This document shows positions 25,594-34,277 of a stretch of DNA of 47,247 nt, in pieces (the stretch's first letter is position 1; each line of letters opens with the position of its first letter). This DNA comes from a virus. The stretch lies in IMG/VR virus record IMGVR_UViG_3300034025_000072, positions 1-47,247 of that record. The stretch is one strand, 5' to 3'. The notes beneath the pieces are model-generated. The model was given only the letters and a program-made list of their open reading frames with translations, did no database searches and had not been told where the DNA came from. Made by a program: the position numbers and the translations under genes.

Positions 25594-26232
25594 GTGAGTG
25601 ACAAGGCTCAATACATCATTGGCATGAACGGCCCGCCCAAAGTAGGTAAGGATACCGTCGGCCTTTGCGTTCGGCATCTGTTGGATTCGGTCACGAGTCT
25701 TTCGACGCACGTGGACTGGTTGGCCCGCCCGATGCGGCAGATGGCCATGGGACTCGTGGGCCTGAACCCGAACGACTTCAACCTCTACAACGTCGAGAAG
25801 GACAAGCCGAACCAGTTGCTTCGTCGGGCCATTCGCAGCAGCAACACACAAGTCGAAGCCAACGATTCGTTGCGAGAGCTGATGATCGCCACCAGCGAGG
25901 AACTTATCAAGCCCCGCTATGGCTACGACTTCTGGGGCCGCAAGTTGATCTACGATCAGAAGTGGCTCGGACTCGGTTATCCCGGCATTTTGATCGTTCC
26001 TGACGTTGGCTTCTCGCAGGAGGTTGATGCCTTCGACGAGCTGGAAGGAGTCAAAACACTGATCGTACAGTTGGAGCGAAACGGCGTGGGCTGGGCAAAC
26101 GACTCGCGTGACTACTGCTTCGGCAAGAACACGGAGCGGTTCGGCAACAACGGAACTCCGATGGATTGCGCGCGGCAGATTGTCACGCATATGACTCGGG
26201 AACTTGGCTGGTCATTCGACGAGGTAGCGTGA
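25594..26232 (+). CDS. Deoxynucleoside monophosphate kinase-like P-loop protein (212 aa)
   Basis: The GTG at 25594 lies after the terminator. The P-loop GMNGPPKVGKDT resembles T4 gp1-type dNMP kinases (..SGKDT). This is a recall-based assignment. Confidence 0.5.
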   Translation: MSDKAQYIIGMNGPPKVGKDTVGLCVRHLLDSVTSLSTHVDWLARPMRQMAMGLVGLNPNDFNLYNVEKDKPNQLLRRAIRSSNTQVEANDSLRELMIATSEELIKPRYGYDFWGRKLIYDQKWLGLGYPGILIVPDVGFSQEVDAFDELEGVKTLIVQLERNGVGWANDSRDYCFGKNTERFGNNGTPMDCARQIVTHMTRELGWSFDEVA

Positions 26233-26235
26233 TTC

Positions 26236-27564
26236 GTGGATGACTTCCAGTTCAACACGGCGTACCTGAACGACTATCTTGCTATGGTTGAGGACAGCGA
26301 GTCACCTCGCTTGTTCCATATCTGGCAGGCGGTGTTCAACATTAGCTGCTCGTTGGGCCGACGGTGCTGGTTTCCGTTCGGCCCAATGCAGCTGTACCCG
26401 AATCAATACGTTCTGCTCGTCGGCACTCCGGGGACTCGTAAGTCTACCGCAGCGTCGATGGGCAAACGAATCCTTAAGGCCAACACGGGAGTGCGAATGG
26501 CGCCCCAAGATACCGCAGGGCAGCGGCAAGGTTTGGTGACAGCCATGCAAGGCGAATCCCAAGCCGCCGAGTTTCTTAATGCCGCGAGGGTTGGGGGCAA
26601 CAATGGTGACTCGCTAAGCCTCGCAGACATAGCCGAGATTACAAACGATCCCGCCGAGGAAACGGCACAGTTTGTAAGCGAGGCCGACAAGCATCATATG
26701 GCCGTCATTAGCGGTGAGTTTTCCCGATTCATTGGGCAAAACAATATCAGCATGTTGGACTTTTTGGCGACGATGTGGGACGGGGATGATTATGACTATC
26801 AGCTCAAAACCTCCAAGATCACGCTCAAGAATCCACTTCTTAACGTCTTGGGTTGCACGACTCCCACTTCGATCAGCCACTCCATGCCTCCTGCCGCCGG
26901 GGGCCAAGGATTCCTGTCCCGAGTCATTCTTGTCTACGGGGCAAAGAAGTACAAGTCAGTCCCACGTCCCGGAGTCCCACCGCAGGATATGGTGGACCGA
27001 GTTGGGGATCGAATCAAGTCCTGTTACTACGATTTGGCAGGACCATTCGACGAGACTCCTCAAGCCAGAGCCTATAGCGAGGGACTCTACGACTACAAGA
27101 TTGATATCGCTGATTCGCGATTTGGCTACTATGCCGAGCGACGGTATACTCACCTCATTAAACTTGCCACCTGTTTGGCAGCAGCGGGAGGTCGCCGAAT
27201 CGTTGAGAAGGACGATTTTGAGGAGGCTCACCGAATCCTTCGAGCCACCGAACAAGGAATGCCCGACGCGCTAGGCGAGTTTGGTATGAATCCTTTAGCG
27301 GTGGTCAAGCAGGAGATTCTTGAAGAGCTTCGTGGCGCTTTGGGTCCCATTCCCATGAACGCCCTAATTTCTATGTTCACCCGCGACGCTCGGAGTCACG
27401 ACGTTGCCGAGGTGATTAACGACCTTAAGCGAGCCGGCCATATTCGTATGATACAAGGTACGGATGGCGGATTCAGCGTATCGGCCAACTTCAACAAGGC
27501 GTCTGTCGAGCAAGGAATGATGCGGATTTTGGCTAAGTTGGATAAAGTTAATGGCGATTCCTAA
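26236..27564 (+). CDS. DUF3987-like P-loop ATPase (putative replicative helicase or loader), 442 aa
   Basis: Walker A is LLVGTPGTRKST. The segments LDFLATMWDGDDYDY and GGQGFLSRVILVY match the ..lWdG.. and GFl.R patterns I recall for DUF3987. Confidence 0.6.
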   Translation: MDDFQFNTAYLNDYLAMVEDSESPRLFHIWQAVFNISCSLGRRCWFPFGPMQLYPNQYVLLVGTPGTRKSTAASMGKRILKANTGVRMAPQDTAGQRQGLVTAMQGESQAAEFLNAARVGGNNGDSLSLADIAEITNDPAEETAQFVSEADKHHMAVISGEFSRFIGQNNISMLDFLATMWDGDDYDYQLKTSKITLKNPLLNVLGCTTPTSISHSMPPAAGGQGFLSRVILVYGAKKYKSVPRPGVPPQDMVDRVGDRIKSCYYDLAGPFDETPQARAYSEGLYDYKIDIADSRFGYYAERRYTHLIKLATCLAAAGGRRIVEKDDFEEAHRILRATEQGMPDALGEFGMNPLAVVKQEILEELRGALGPIPMNALISMFTRDARSHDVAEVINDLKRAGHIRMIQGTDGGFSVSANFNKASVEQGMMRILAKLDKVNGDS

Positions 27565-27913
27565 GTATGGCCATACTCACGGGCATGAACCTTGCGCTTG
27601 TTGCAACAAGAATCCTAGAGCTTTACCTCGACCATATTGCCGTGATTGCGAACGACTCAAGCGGGCGGCAAATAATCGGGGTCTAAGTGTTCGTCAGTAT
27701 CGTGAATATTTTGACGAACAAAACGGCGAGTGCTACTTGTGTTTTAATCTTGCGACGGATTTAGACCACGACCATAGCACTGGAATCATAAGGAGGGCAT
27801 TATGTAGAAGCTGTAATCGAATCATCGGGAATCTTGAAAACGGTACAAACCGGCAGCCCCGATCAGAGAAGTTTCACAATTACATTAAGACATGCGGAGA
27901 CAGGTTATTATGA
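27551..27913 (+). CDS. Endonuclease VII-family (T4 gp49-like, HNH-related) nuclease, 120 aa
   Basis: The motif is CYLCFNLATDLDHDHSTGIIRRALCRSCNRIIGNLE, plus an N-terminal Cys cluster. The gene is visibly lower in GC than both flanks and overlaps both neighbours. Confidence 0.8.
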   Translation: MAIPKYGHTHGHEPCACCNKNPRALPRPYCRDCERLKRAANNRGLSVRQYREYFDEQNGECYLCFNLATDLDHDHSTGIIRRALCRSCNRIIGNLENGTNRQPRSEKFHNYIKTCGDRLL

Positions 27914-28503
27914 CTCAAGGTTCATACAAGCAGCCGACCATCGGTGCGATGACCGACATCGAATCGCTCGCGCTCGGCCCAAATGCCGTCGTGACTCAGA
28001 TCGCGTTCGTGTTCTTCCCGATCGCCGACCCGGAAACGGTTCTCGCGGAGACGGTGGTGCATCTGCCGATCGAGCCCCAGCTTACGTTGAAGCGGGAGAT
28101 CAGCGCGCAGACTCTCATCTGGTGGATGGGGCAGTCCGACTCGGCGCGCAAGGAGTTCGAGCGCAACGAGGGTGAGGACTTCGAGGAATTGCCCTCGCTG
28201 CTGCGTCACGTGAATCGTAAGTTCGACGAGGTGACGGACGGGCAGGAGTACGAGCTGTTCTCGCGCGGCCCGCAGTTCGATATCGTCAACATCGAGTCGC
28301 TGATGACCAGCTGCGGCCTCAAGCCCGCGTGGCGCTACGATCGAGTCCGTGACCTCCGCACTCTGATGGCGCTGGCAGGGCTGCGCACCGGCGATGTGCC
28401 GCGTGACACGACTCGCTACCCCGAGCATCAGGCGCTGGCGGACTGCCACTACCAGATTCTGTGCTACGCGGAGTCGATTCGTGCGCTGCGGTCGCGGTCG
28501 TGA
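27910..28503 (+). CDS. DEDDh 3'-5' exonuclease (Rv2179c-like), 197 aa
   Basis: The ATG at 27910 overlaps the upstream TGA (ATGA). Motifs are MTDIESLAL (DxE), GPQFDIVNIE and HQALADCHYQ. Confidence 0.7.
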   Translation: MTQGSYKQPTIGAMTDIESLALGPNAVVTQIAFVFFPIADPETVLAETVVHLPIEPQLTLKREISAQTLIWWMGQSDSARKEFERNEGEDFEELPSLLRHVNRKFDEVTDGQEYELFSRGPQFDIVNIESLMTSCGLKPAWRYDRVRDLRTLMALAGLRTGDVPRDTTRYPEHQALADCHYQILCYAESIRALRSRS

Positions 28504-28511
28504 GCGAGCCT

Positions 28512-28763
28512 ATGCGCTGGCACGGCTTGACTCGGGGCAATGTCCTCAAGTACGTGGCCAAGGACAAGCTGGTGTTTGCCACCACTGGCACTAAGCTCTA
28601 CGCTGGACGAGTCAACGAGGTAACGGACACCTACGTCGAGCTACAGAACGGCAACGACAGGCAATACTTGTACCACGCCCAGCGCGCGATCAAGTTTACG
28701 GTGCTTGACGTTCCGCCGGGATTCGACCTGCGTATGGGCGACCCGGAGCTGGGACTCGACTAA
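28512..28763 (+). CDS. Hypothetical protein (83 aa), last gene of the rightward arm
   Basis: The ATG at 28512 lies 8 nt after the upstream stop. The gene is followed by the convergent terminator. Confidence 0.5.
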   Translation: MRWHGLTRGNVLKYVAKDKLVFATTGTKLYAGRVNEVTDTYVELQNGNDRQYLYHAQRAIKFTVLDVPPGFDLRMGDPELGLD

Positions 28764-28789
28764 CCTACCTACCTACTAGGTAAGTTGAA

Positions 28790-28819
28790 GGGAGGGGCGT
28801 AGCATCCCCTCCCTTTTTT
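28790..28819. terminator. Terminator hairpin at the convergence point of the rightward and leftward arms
   Basis: Stem gggagggg (28790-28797) pairs with cccctccc (28806-28813) across an 8-nt loop, followed by tttttt (28814-28819) on the plus strand. Only a weak U tract follows in the minus direction. The T run overlaps the stop codon of the 1819-aa gene. Confidence 0.8.
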
Positions 28820-31800
28820 ATTGCGCCACCATCATGTCCGAGTCGCTTTCCATCGGAGCTTCCTCATCCGCAACGGCTAGGCTTTCCGAGTACGGTATGG
28901 TCCCCTCGTCCTCGTCGATCGACACGCCAGCGTCAAGGAGTCGCACGGCGTAGCTCATCTTATCCGGCGACTTGAGGGACTCGTTTAGCTGGCGCTCGCT
29001 ACGAGTTTCGGTCGCCGCTTCGTATTGACTCTTAAGCCAGCGCCGAGCGTCCGCCGGGTCGCCCCCACCCTCGATGTATTTTTCGAGAATCTTGGGCACG
29101 GCCTCAAAGTCACCTTTGCGGAATGCCGAACGAGTCGATTGCCGCATGATATCCATGCCCGAGAGACGAAGAGCCTGCTGATTCTTATTGGCATAGAACG
29201 CCTCGACGTCTTTAGCTTGCCGCATCGAGCGGACTCCGAGTCCCCGATACACCGTCTCCATCATCGAGAGATTGCTGCTCACCAGTTGCCCGATATCATC
29301 GGTATCGTTGCCGCCTGCGAGTCCTTCGACCATGCCAGCGATGGGCCGGTTTGGAATCATATTGGACAGCACCTCACCCAATTGAGTCGCCGTGAGGTGA
29401 GGGTTCTTGTCGCTGAACAGCTTGGCCGTGTTCCAGAGTCCCCCGAACACCTTCTGCGCCACCGTTACTGCCGGGGGTGCGTTGCCGATGATAGGAATCG
29501 CTGGCATCCTGAACGCCGTATCCGCGCGGGACGAAAGCGCAATGCCTTCTGCCCCGAACAGCTTGGGGATACTGCCAAGAGTCCCGTATGCCAGCAGGTC
29601 TCCGGTGGATTCTCCGAACTTAGCCTGAATCGATTCAAGTGGATCAACGTCACCCTTGCTGTGATCGAAGAACAACTGACTCGCCGCCGCCCAGCCCGGC
29701 ACGGTGGTTGCTCCGAAGAGTCCTGCCTGCGTGGCATACTGTGTAGCGAGTGCTCCGTAGTCTCCGGTTTCGGCATAGCGAAAGATTCGCTGGTAGTAGT
29801 TGATGATGAACGACTGAAACAGCCCAATGGGGGCACCCAGCGCACCTTGAAATACCTCCGGGCGATTCGCAGGGTTGTAGTTGGCGATCATCTTATTGGC
29901 CATGTCGTGCGCGAAGGTGTGCTTAGCCTCCATGCCCTTGATGCCCATCTGCTCGGCCAGCTCGACTCCTACCATGTGGCCCCAGCTACGCGAGAAATCT
30001 TCCGACTTATCGGTTAGAATCGACATCCAGCCCGCGATGCCCTTCTCGTGAATCTTGGCACGAATCTTATTGCCCGCCGCCGCATGATCCGCCGCCTTGG
30101 TCTTGGAGCCTTCGAGGAAGAACGAATCCCAATCGGCCTTGGACTCGATCGCGCCAAACTGCCGCTGAAACTCCGCTACCTCCTGAGTCAGGAAGCCGTT
30201 GCGTCGCATGTAATCATAGTCGGCTTCGCTAGTCTTGTTCCATGCGCGACGAAAGCCTTTGTTCATGAGCTTGCCCATGTTCAGGACTCCGACCGCAGGA
30301 CCCCCCTCGCGCGTGGGCGGCAGGACCGTTGCGATACCACCAACTCGTGCAGAGAATGCCTCCGCTGTCTCGCCCGCTTGCTGCTGCACATGACGAATCA
30401 CAGACGGCATGGCATTGACCATACCCGAGAGATTCATGAGGGCCATCACGGGTTCCATGACTCGGAGCATGACGCTTGCCGTAAACTTGTTCATCTGCCC
30501 GGCAATCTCGGCTGCGCGCGGAGGCATACCGCCCATACCCTGACGTTCGGCGTACTCGGCGGCTGACTTGAACGGCATGTATTCGCCAAGGTGGCTGCTC
30601 AATGAGTCGAAGTCACGACGCGCCCCCTCACCCTTTGACCATGGCGCGCTCCTATCGATGAACGAGTTGGTTGCTGCCCAGACTCGTTGGTAGCCGGGGT
30701 GCATGGAAGCCAACATCTGATCGGCCTTGCCTTCGACCCAGTTGTAGAGTCCGCCGTAGAAGCTGCCTTTGCCATGCAACGGCGATTGCCCGGTCAGATT
30801 CTCGATGTACATATTGTGGACCGATTTGTACTTCTGGTCCGCCGACGGATTCGCATTGTTCCGGCTCATGGCCGTGGCGATGTTGGCTCGCGACTCGGAG
30901 TTCTTGAGCTGATCCTTGAACATGGTGGACAACACGTCCTGCGCATGATTCATATACTGATCGCGCACCGTGTTGAGAATACCCTCCACGCCCCGAAGAT
31001 CAATCTCGCTACCCGCAAGGAGTCCTCGCTGCCGCTTGCCACCCTGAATGGCCGTGGTGCCGGGATCGATCATATCCATCTGCGCCCGATCCCAGATGTC
31101 TGCGAATCGCTTGATGTCCTCGCGCGTCCGAAAGCGGTAGCCGTTGAGTCCCTTCTCCTCGATCTGCTGCATGATCTTGGCCTGCTGCCGCGCAAAGTCG
31201 GACTCGGTATCCGCGATCACGCTCATGCCCCGTACGACATTCCCTTCGGCGTCCATTGTGAATCCGATGAACTTACCATTGAGATTCGACGGCGGTACGT
31301 ACATCGGCAGCTTCTCGATCTGCTTGAGACTCTGCGCGGTTAGCAGTTTGTTCTTGTTGGTGCGAATCGATTCGGTCATGTTGCTGAATTGAGTCATGAA
31401 CTCCATGCCAACATCATCCAGCACTACGTCTCGTCCATTTGCGCCACGCAACACCGCGCCCTCGGGCATGGCCTCGCCGAACATCTGCTGCCACCGCTCT
31501 TGATTCTGCTGGGTCGGCGCGAGGATGAACTTACGAACCTCCTGCCCATTATCCAACGATTCGAGAATGGTATCGACCTGCTTCTTCTTAACTTGCAAGT
31601 CCCAGCCCGGACGATAGGCGATGAACTGATTCAACAACAACTTGCTGCTGGCCGCGCGGGGCGAGTCGAGTCGCTGTACCACGTCCTGCAAGCCCATGGC
31701 TTCTCGCTGGAAGTTGTCTCGCGCGAGCCTCTGGACCATCTGCTGAATCCGGCTGGCGGCGAGCAGCGTCTTGTTGTCGCGCGCGATCCAGTCTTGATTC

Positions 31801-34277
31801 TTGAGCCCCTTGATCGCAGCCCCACCCGGCGTTAGGTGATTCGACCCAAGAACGCTGCCCTGAATCTGGGGCTCCATTAGCTCGTTCGTGCGGGCAACGG
31901 CATCCAGCTCACTCGACGAGTAGATTCCCTTGCTGATTTGCGCCGTAAGGTCATCGCCTTCGATCAAACGATTCACCATATACTCGCGCTGCGCTGCCAT
32001 GCGGTCAGCCAGGTCGTCGGGACTCCACTTGACCTCGTTGAGTGGGCGTGAGTACATCAGCACAGGCTTGGTCGGATTCCCCGCCTCATCCATCATGTAG
32101 AAGAAGCTGTTGCCACCGAGGTCCTTGAAGTCCGTAGGGGTAGTGGGAGCGAAATCACCGATTCGTTTGACATCGGACGCACCTTTCATCAGGTCCGAGT
32201 AGGTCATATTGCGAATCTCGTCCGGCGACCAGTTGCTCGCGCCACGCAAAAGCTGCTCGACGGGATGTTCGTCGGTGCCCAGAATCGCTCGCTCGTAGGC
32301 CGTCAGCTTGGGCAGGTTGAGCCTGACTCGCAGCTTGCTGGCTTCCACCGCCGGGTCGTACTCGTTACCCTTGCGCGCCTCGACCGACTTCTTCATCTGA
32401 CCTTTGCGCGACTCAGACTTGAGCACCTCTGCTTTTTGAGCGAAGGACTCAACCATAGCTTGCTCGCGCGTCATGCCCGCCGGATAAGCGATTTTGGTGT
32501 TGGGATTCTTACGCTGCAGCTGCTCGGCAAGATCGAGCTGAAACCACGTCGGCTTCTGGGGCAGGGAGATATCCAGCGCCGTCGATTCGGAATGCTTGAG
32601 CAGCTTGTTCCCGAGGCGATAGAGCCGCAGCATGTCGAAGTGATCGGCTTTGGCGAGGTCACGATTCGCAGGTAGGTAGGTTTGCAGATTGGTGTCCAAC
32701 CCCACGCGGCCCGTGATATGCTCGGCTTCCGTCTCAAAAAGAGTCGTTTTGTCGTCGATCTTCTTGCCCGGAGCAATCGTCGGTTCGACCCACTCATCCA
32801 GTGCGCGCAAGTCAGAAAGAGTCGCACGCTCACCGTCGATCAGTGGCTGTGGAATAAACTGTTGCTTCCACTTGTAACGACGAATGAATCCTTCGGCCCT
32901 CTCGAAGTCAAACTTGGGATCACCAGCTTCGATCGCGTTGTCGATCTCTTCCTGCTTCTGGCGGAGCAGTTCAGTGATTCGATTCTCACGGCCCTGATGC
33001 GTCACGAGCGCCATCTGCCCGTCTGGAACGACTCCGATTTCCTCGATGCCATGAAAGCCGGCGGGATCACGAGTCATAACCTGGTCGATATGGTTCATGG
33101 CGCCCGACGAATTGGCGGTTTTGTTGCCGAATCGCGTGGCACCGTTGCCCTCGACGCCCTTGGTCGTGACCTTCTGAATCTCCTCGCGAGCCAGTTGAAA
33201 GTGCTGCGTGGCGAGTCGATCCCGATTAGCAAACAAGCCCTGCCCGCCGATCGTTCCCTCCGTTGGCGTTGACCTCGCGCTCTTGGCGTTGGTCAAAAGA
33301 CTCGTTACTTCGTCCGTAAATGCGCCGCCAAGAAAGCCCTGACCCGCCGGAAGGTCGCTGATGCCAGCAAACGACTTGCCTTCGAGCTTGCGTCCGAAGA
33401 GTCCGACTCGTGCACTCTCTTCTCCGGCGGGATCGAGGGCGTTGGCATAGGTCCTCCTAATGTAGTCGCTGTTAACGAACTTGCGCGCGGAGTACCTTGT
33501 AGCCGCCGCGTCGAAGGCACCCGGAATCGCCAGACCAGCGGCCATCCACATGATGTTGTGCGACATATCATCGCTGTAGAGGAAGCCATTCTGGTTGAGC
33601 GTGACTCCCATGATGGCCTCGGTCACGGCAGCGTTGCGAGTCGTCCGCAGAACCCCCGTGCTAACCGCGCTACGCAGCGCAGCCTTGCGAGTGATTTCCC
33701 GCCCGGCCATGAGGCTGTTGGCAAAGAGTCCTTCGGTTGGGCGCACCACGGAACCCACGAACTGCTCGGCTCCCAGCGCACCCCGCTTGGCAAGAGTCGT
33801 GTCTACCGCTCGCAGCGTCCGCATCGCGCCTTCGTAGCGCGTATCCAGAGTCGCAATGCGTCGCGCCCACGGCAGAGTCTTGAGCCCCTGCATAAGTGCC
33901 CCGGCAGGAGCGGTGACACGACGGCTTACCAGCTCGGCAGCGATGACACCAGCGATTCCTGACCCGACTTCGATCGCACCCTTGTTGTCCTGATAAAAGT
34001 CGGTCAGGTTGGGCGAGTCGACAGCCCGCAGCATGGCGCTGTTGAAGTCACCCCGCTCGATGCCCAGTGACCGACTCACAACAGGAATCGACGAGGCCAC
34101 GGTATCCACGAGGTCAAAGACGCTGCCCCCGATCACACCAGCGGTCGTGGCAAAGACTCCTCGATCCTGCCGAGTTGTCGCGGCGGCCGCCCGTTGCAGG
34201 TCCGCGTTGTTCGCGTTGCCCATGGCCATGCGATTCGTGCTGGAACCTGCCAGCGGCTGCGAGGGAAGAATCGGCAT
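28818..34277 (-). CDS. Giant internal virion / DNA-ejection protein (1819 aa)
   Basis: This is the last gene of the late operon and abuts the SLT-domain protein gene with no gap. Its size and its position next to SLT-type and low-complexity internal proteins parallel the T7 gp14-gp16 cluster. I recognised no enzymatic motif. Confidence 0.6.
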   Translation of the reverse strand: MPILPSQPLAGSSTNRMAMGNANNADLQRAAAATTRQDRGVFATTAGVIGGSVFDLVDTVASSIPVVSRSLGIERGDFNSAMLRAVDSPNLTDFYQDNKGAIEVGSGIAGVIAAELVSRRVTAPAGALMQGLKTLPWARRIATLDTRYEGAMRTLRAVDTTLAKRGALGAEQFVGSVVRPTEGLFANSLMAGREITRKAALRSAVSTGVLRTTRNAAVTEAIMGVTLNQNGFLYSDDMSHNIMWMAAGLAIPGAFDAAATRYSARKFVNSDYIRRTYANALDPAGEESARVGLFGRKLEGKSFAGISDLPAGQGFLGGAFTDEVTSLLTNAKSARSTPTEGTIGGQGLFANRDRLATQHFQLAREEIQKVTTKGVEGNGATRFGNKTANSSGAMNHIDQVMTRDPAGFHGIEEIGVVPDGQMALVTHQGRENRITELLRQKQEEIDNAIEAGDPKFDFERAEGFIRRYKWKQQFIPQPLIDGERATLSDLRALDEWVEPTIAPGKKIDDKTTLFETEAEHITGRVGLDTNLQTYLPANRDLAKADHFDMLRLYRLGNKLLKHSESTALDISLPQKPTWFQLDLAEQLQRKNPNTKIAYPAGMTREQAMVESFAQKAEVLKSESRKGQMKKSVEARKGNEYDPAVEASKLRVRLNLPKLTAYERAILGTDEHPVEQLLRGASNWSPDEIRNMTYSDLMKGASDVKRIGDFAPTTPTDFKDLGGNSFFYMMDEAGNPTKPVLMYSRPLNEVKWSPDDLADRMAAQREYMVNRLIEGDDLTAQISKGIYSSSELDAVARTNELMEPQIQGSVLGSNHLTPGGAAIKGLKNQDWIARDNKTLLAASRIQQMVQRLARDNFQREAMGLQDVVQRLDSPRAASSKLLLNQFIAYRPGWDLQVKKKQVDTILESLDNGQEVRKFILAPTQQNQERWQQMFGEAMPEGAVLRGANGRDVVLDDVGMEFMTQFSNMTESIRTNKNKLLTAQSLKQIEKLPMYVPPSNLNGKFIGFTMDAEGNVVRGMSVIADTESDFARQQAKIMQQIEEKGLNGYRFRTREDIKRFADIWDRAQMDMIDPGTTAIQGGKRQRGLLAGSEIDLRGVEGILNTVRDQYMNHAQDVLSTMFKDQLKNSESRANIATAMSRNNANPSADQKYKSVHNMYIENLTGQSPLHGKGSFYGGLYNWVEGKADQMLASMHPGYQRVWAATNSFIDRSAPWSKGEGARRDFDSLSSHLGEYMPFKSAAEYAERQGMGGMPPRAAEIAGQMNKFTASVMLRVMEPVMALMNLSGMVNAMPSVIRHVQQQAGETAEAFSARVGGIATVLPPTREGGPAVGVLNMGKLMNKGFRRAWNKTSEADYDYMRRNGFLTQEVAEFQRQFGAIESKADWDSFFLEGSKTKAADHAAAGNKIRAKIHEKGIAGWMSILTDKSEDFSRSWGHMVGVELAEQMGIKGMEAKHTFAHDMANKMIANYNPANRPEVFQGALGAPIGLFQSFIINYYQRIFRYAETGDYGALATQYATQAGLFGATTVPGWAAASQLFFDHSKGDVDPLESIQAKFGESTGDLLAYGTLGSIPKLFGAEGIALSSRADTAFRMPAIPIIGNAPPAVTVAQKVFGGLWNTAKLFSDKNPHLTATQLGEVLSNMIPNRPIAGMVEGLAGGNDTDDIGQLVSSNLSMMETVYRGLGVRSMRQAKDVEAFYANKNQQALRLSGMDIMRQSTRSAFRKGDFEAVPKILEKYIEGGGDPADARRWLKSQYEAATETRSERQLNESLKSPDKMSYAVRLLDAGVSIDEDEGTIPYSESLAVADEEAPMESDSDMMVAQ

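Noticed and set aside
28818-34277. The 1819-aa protein might be an N4-type virion RNA polymerase or a tape measure protein.
   Set aside because: It is far shorter than N4-like vRNAPs (about 3500 aa). I recognised no polymerase motifs. Its position next to SLT-type and low-complexity internal proteins fits an ejection or core protein. No other long-tail genes (sheath, tube, chaperone) are present.
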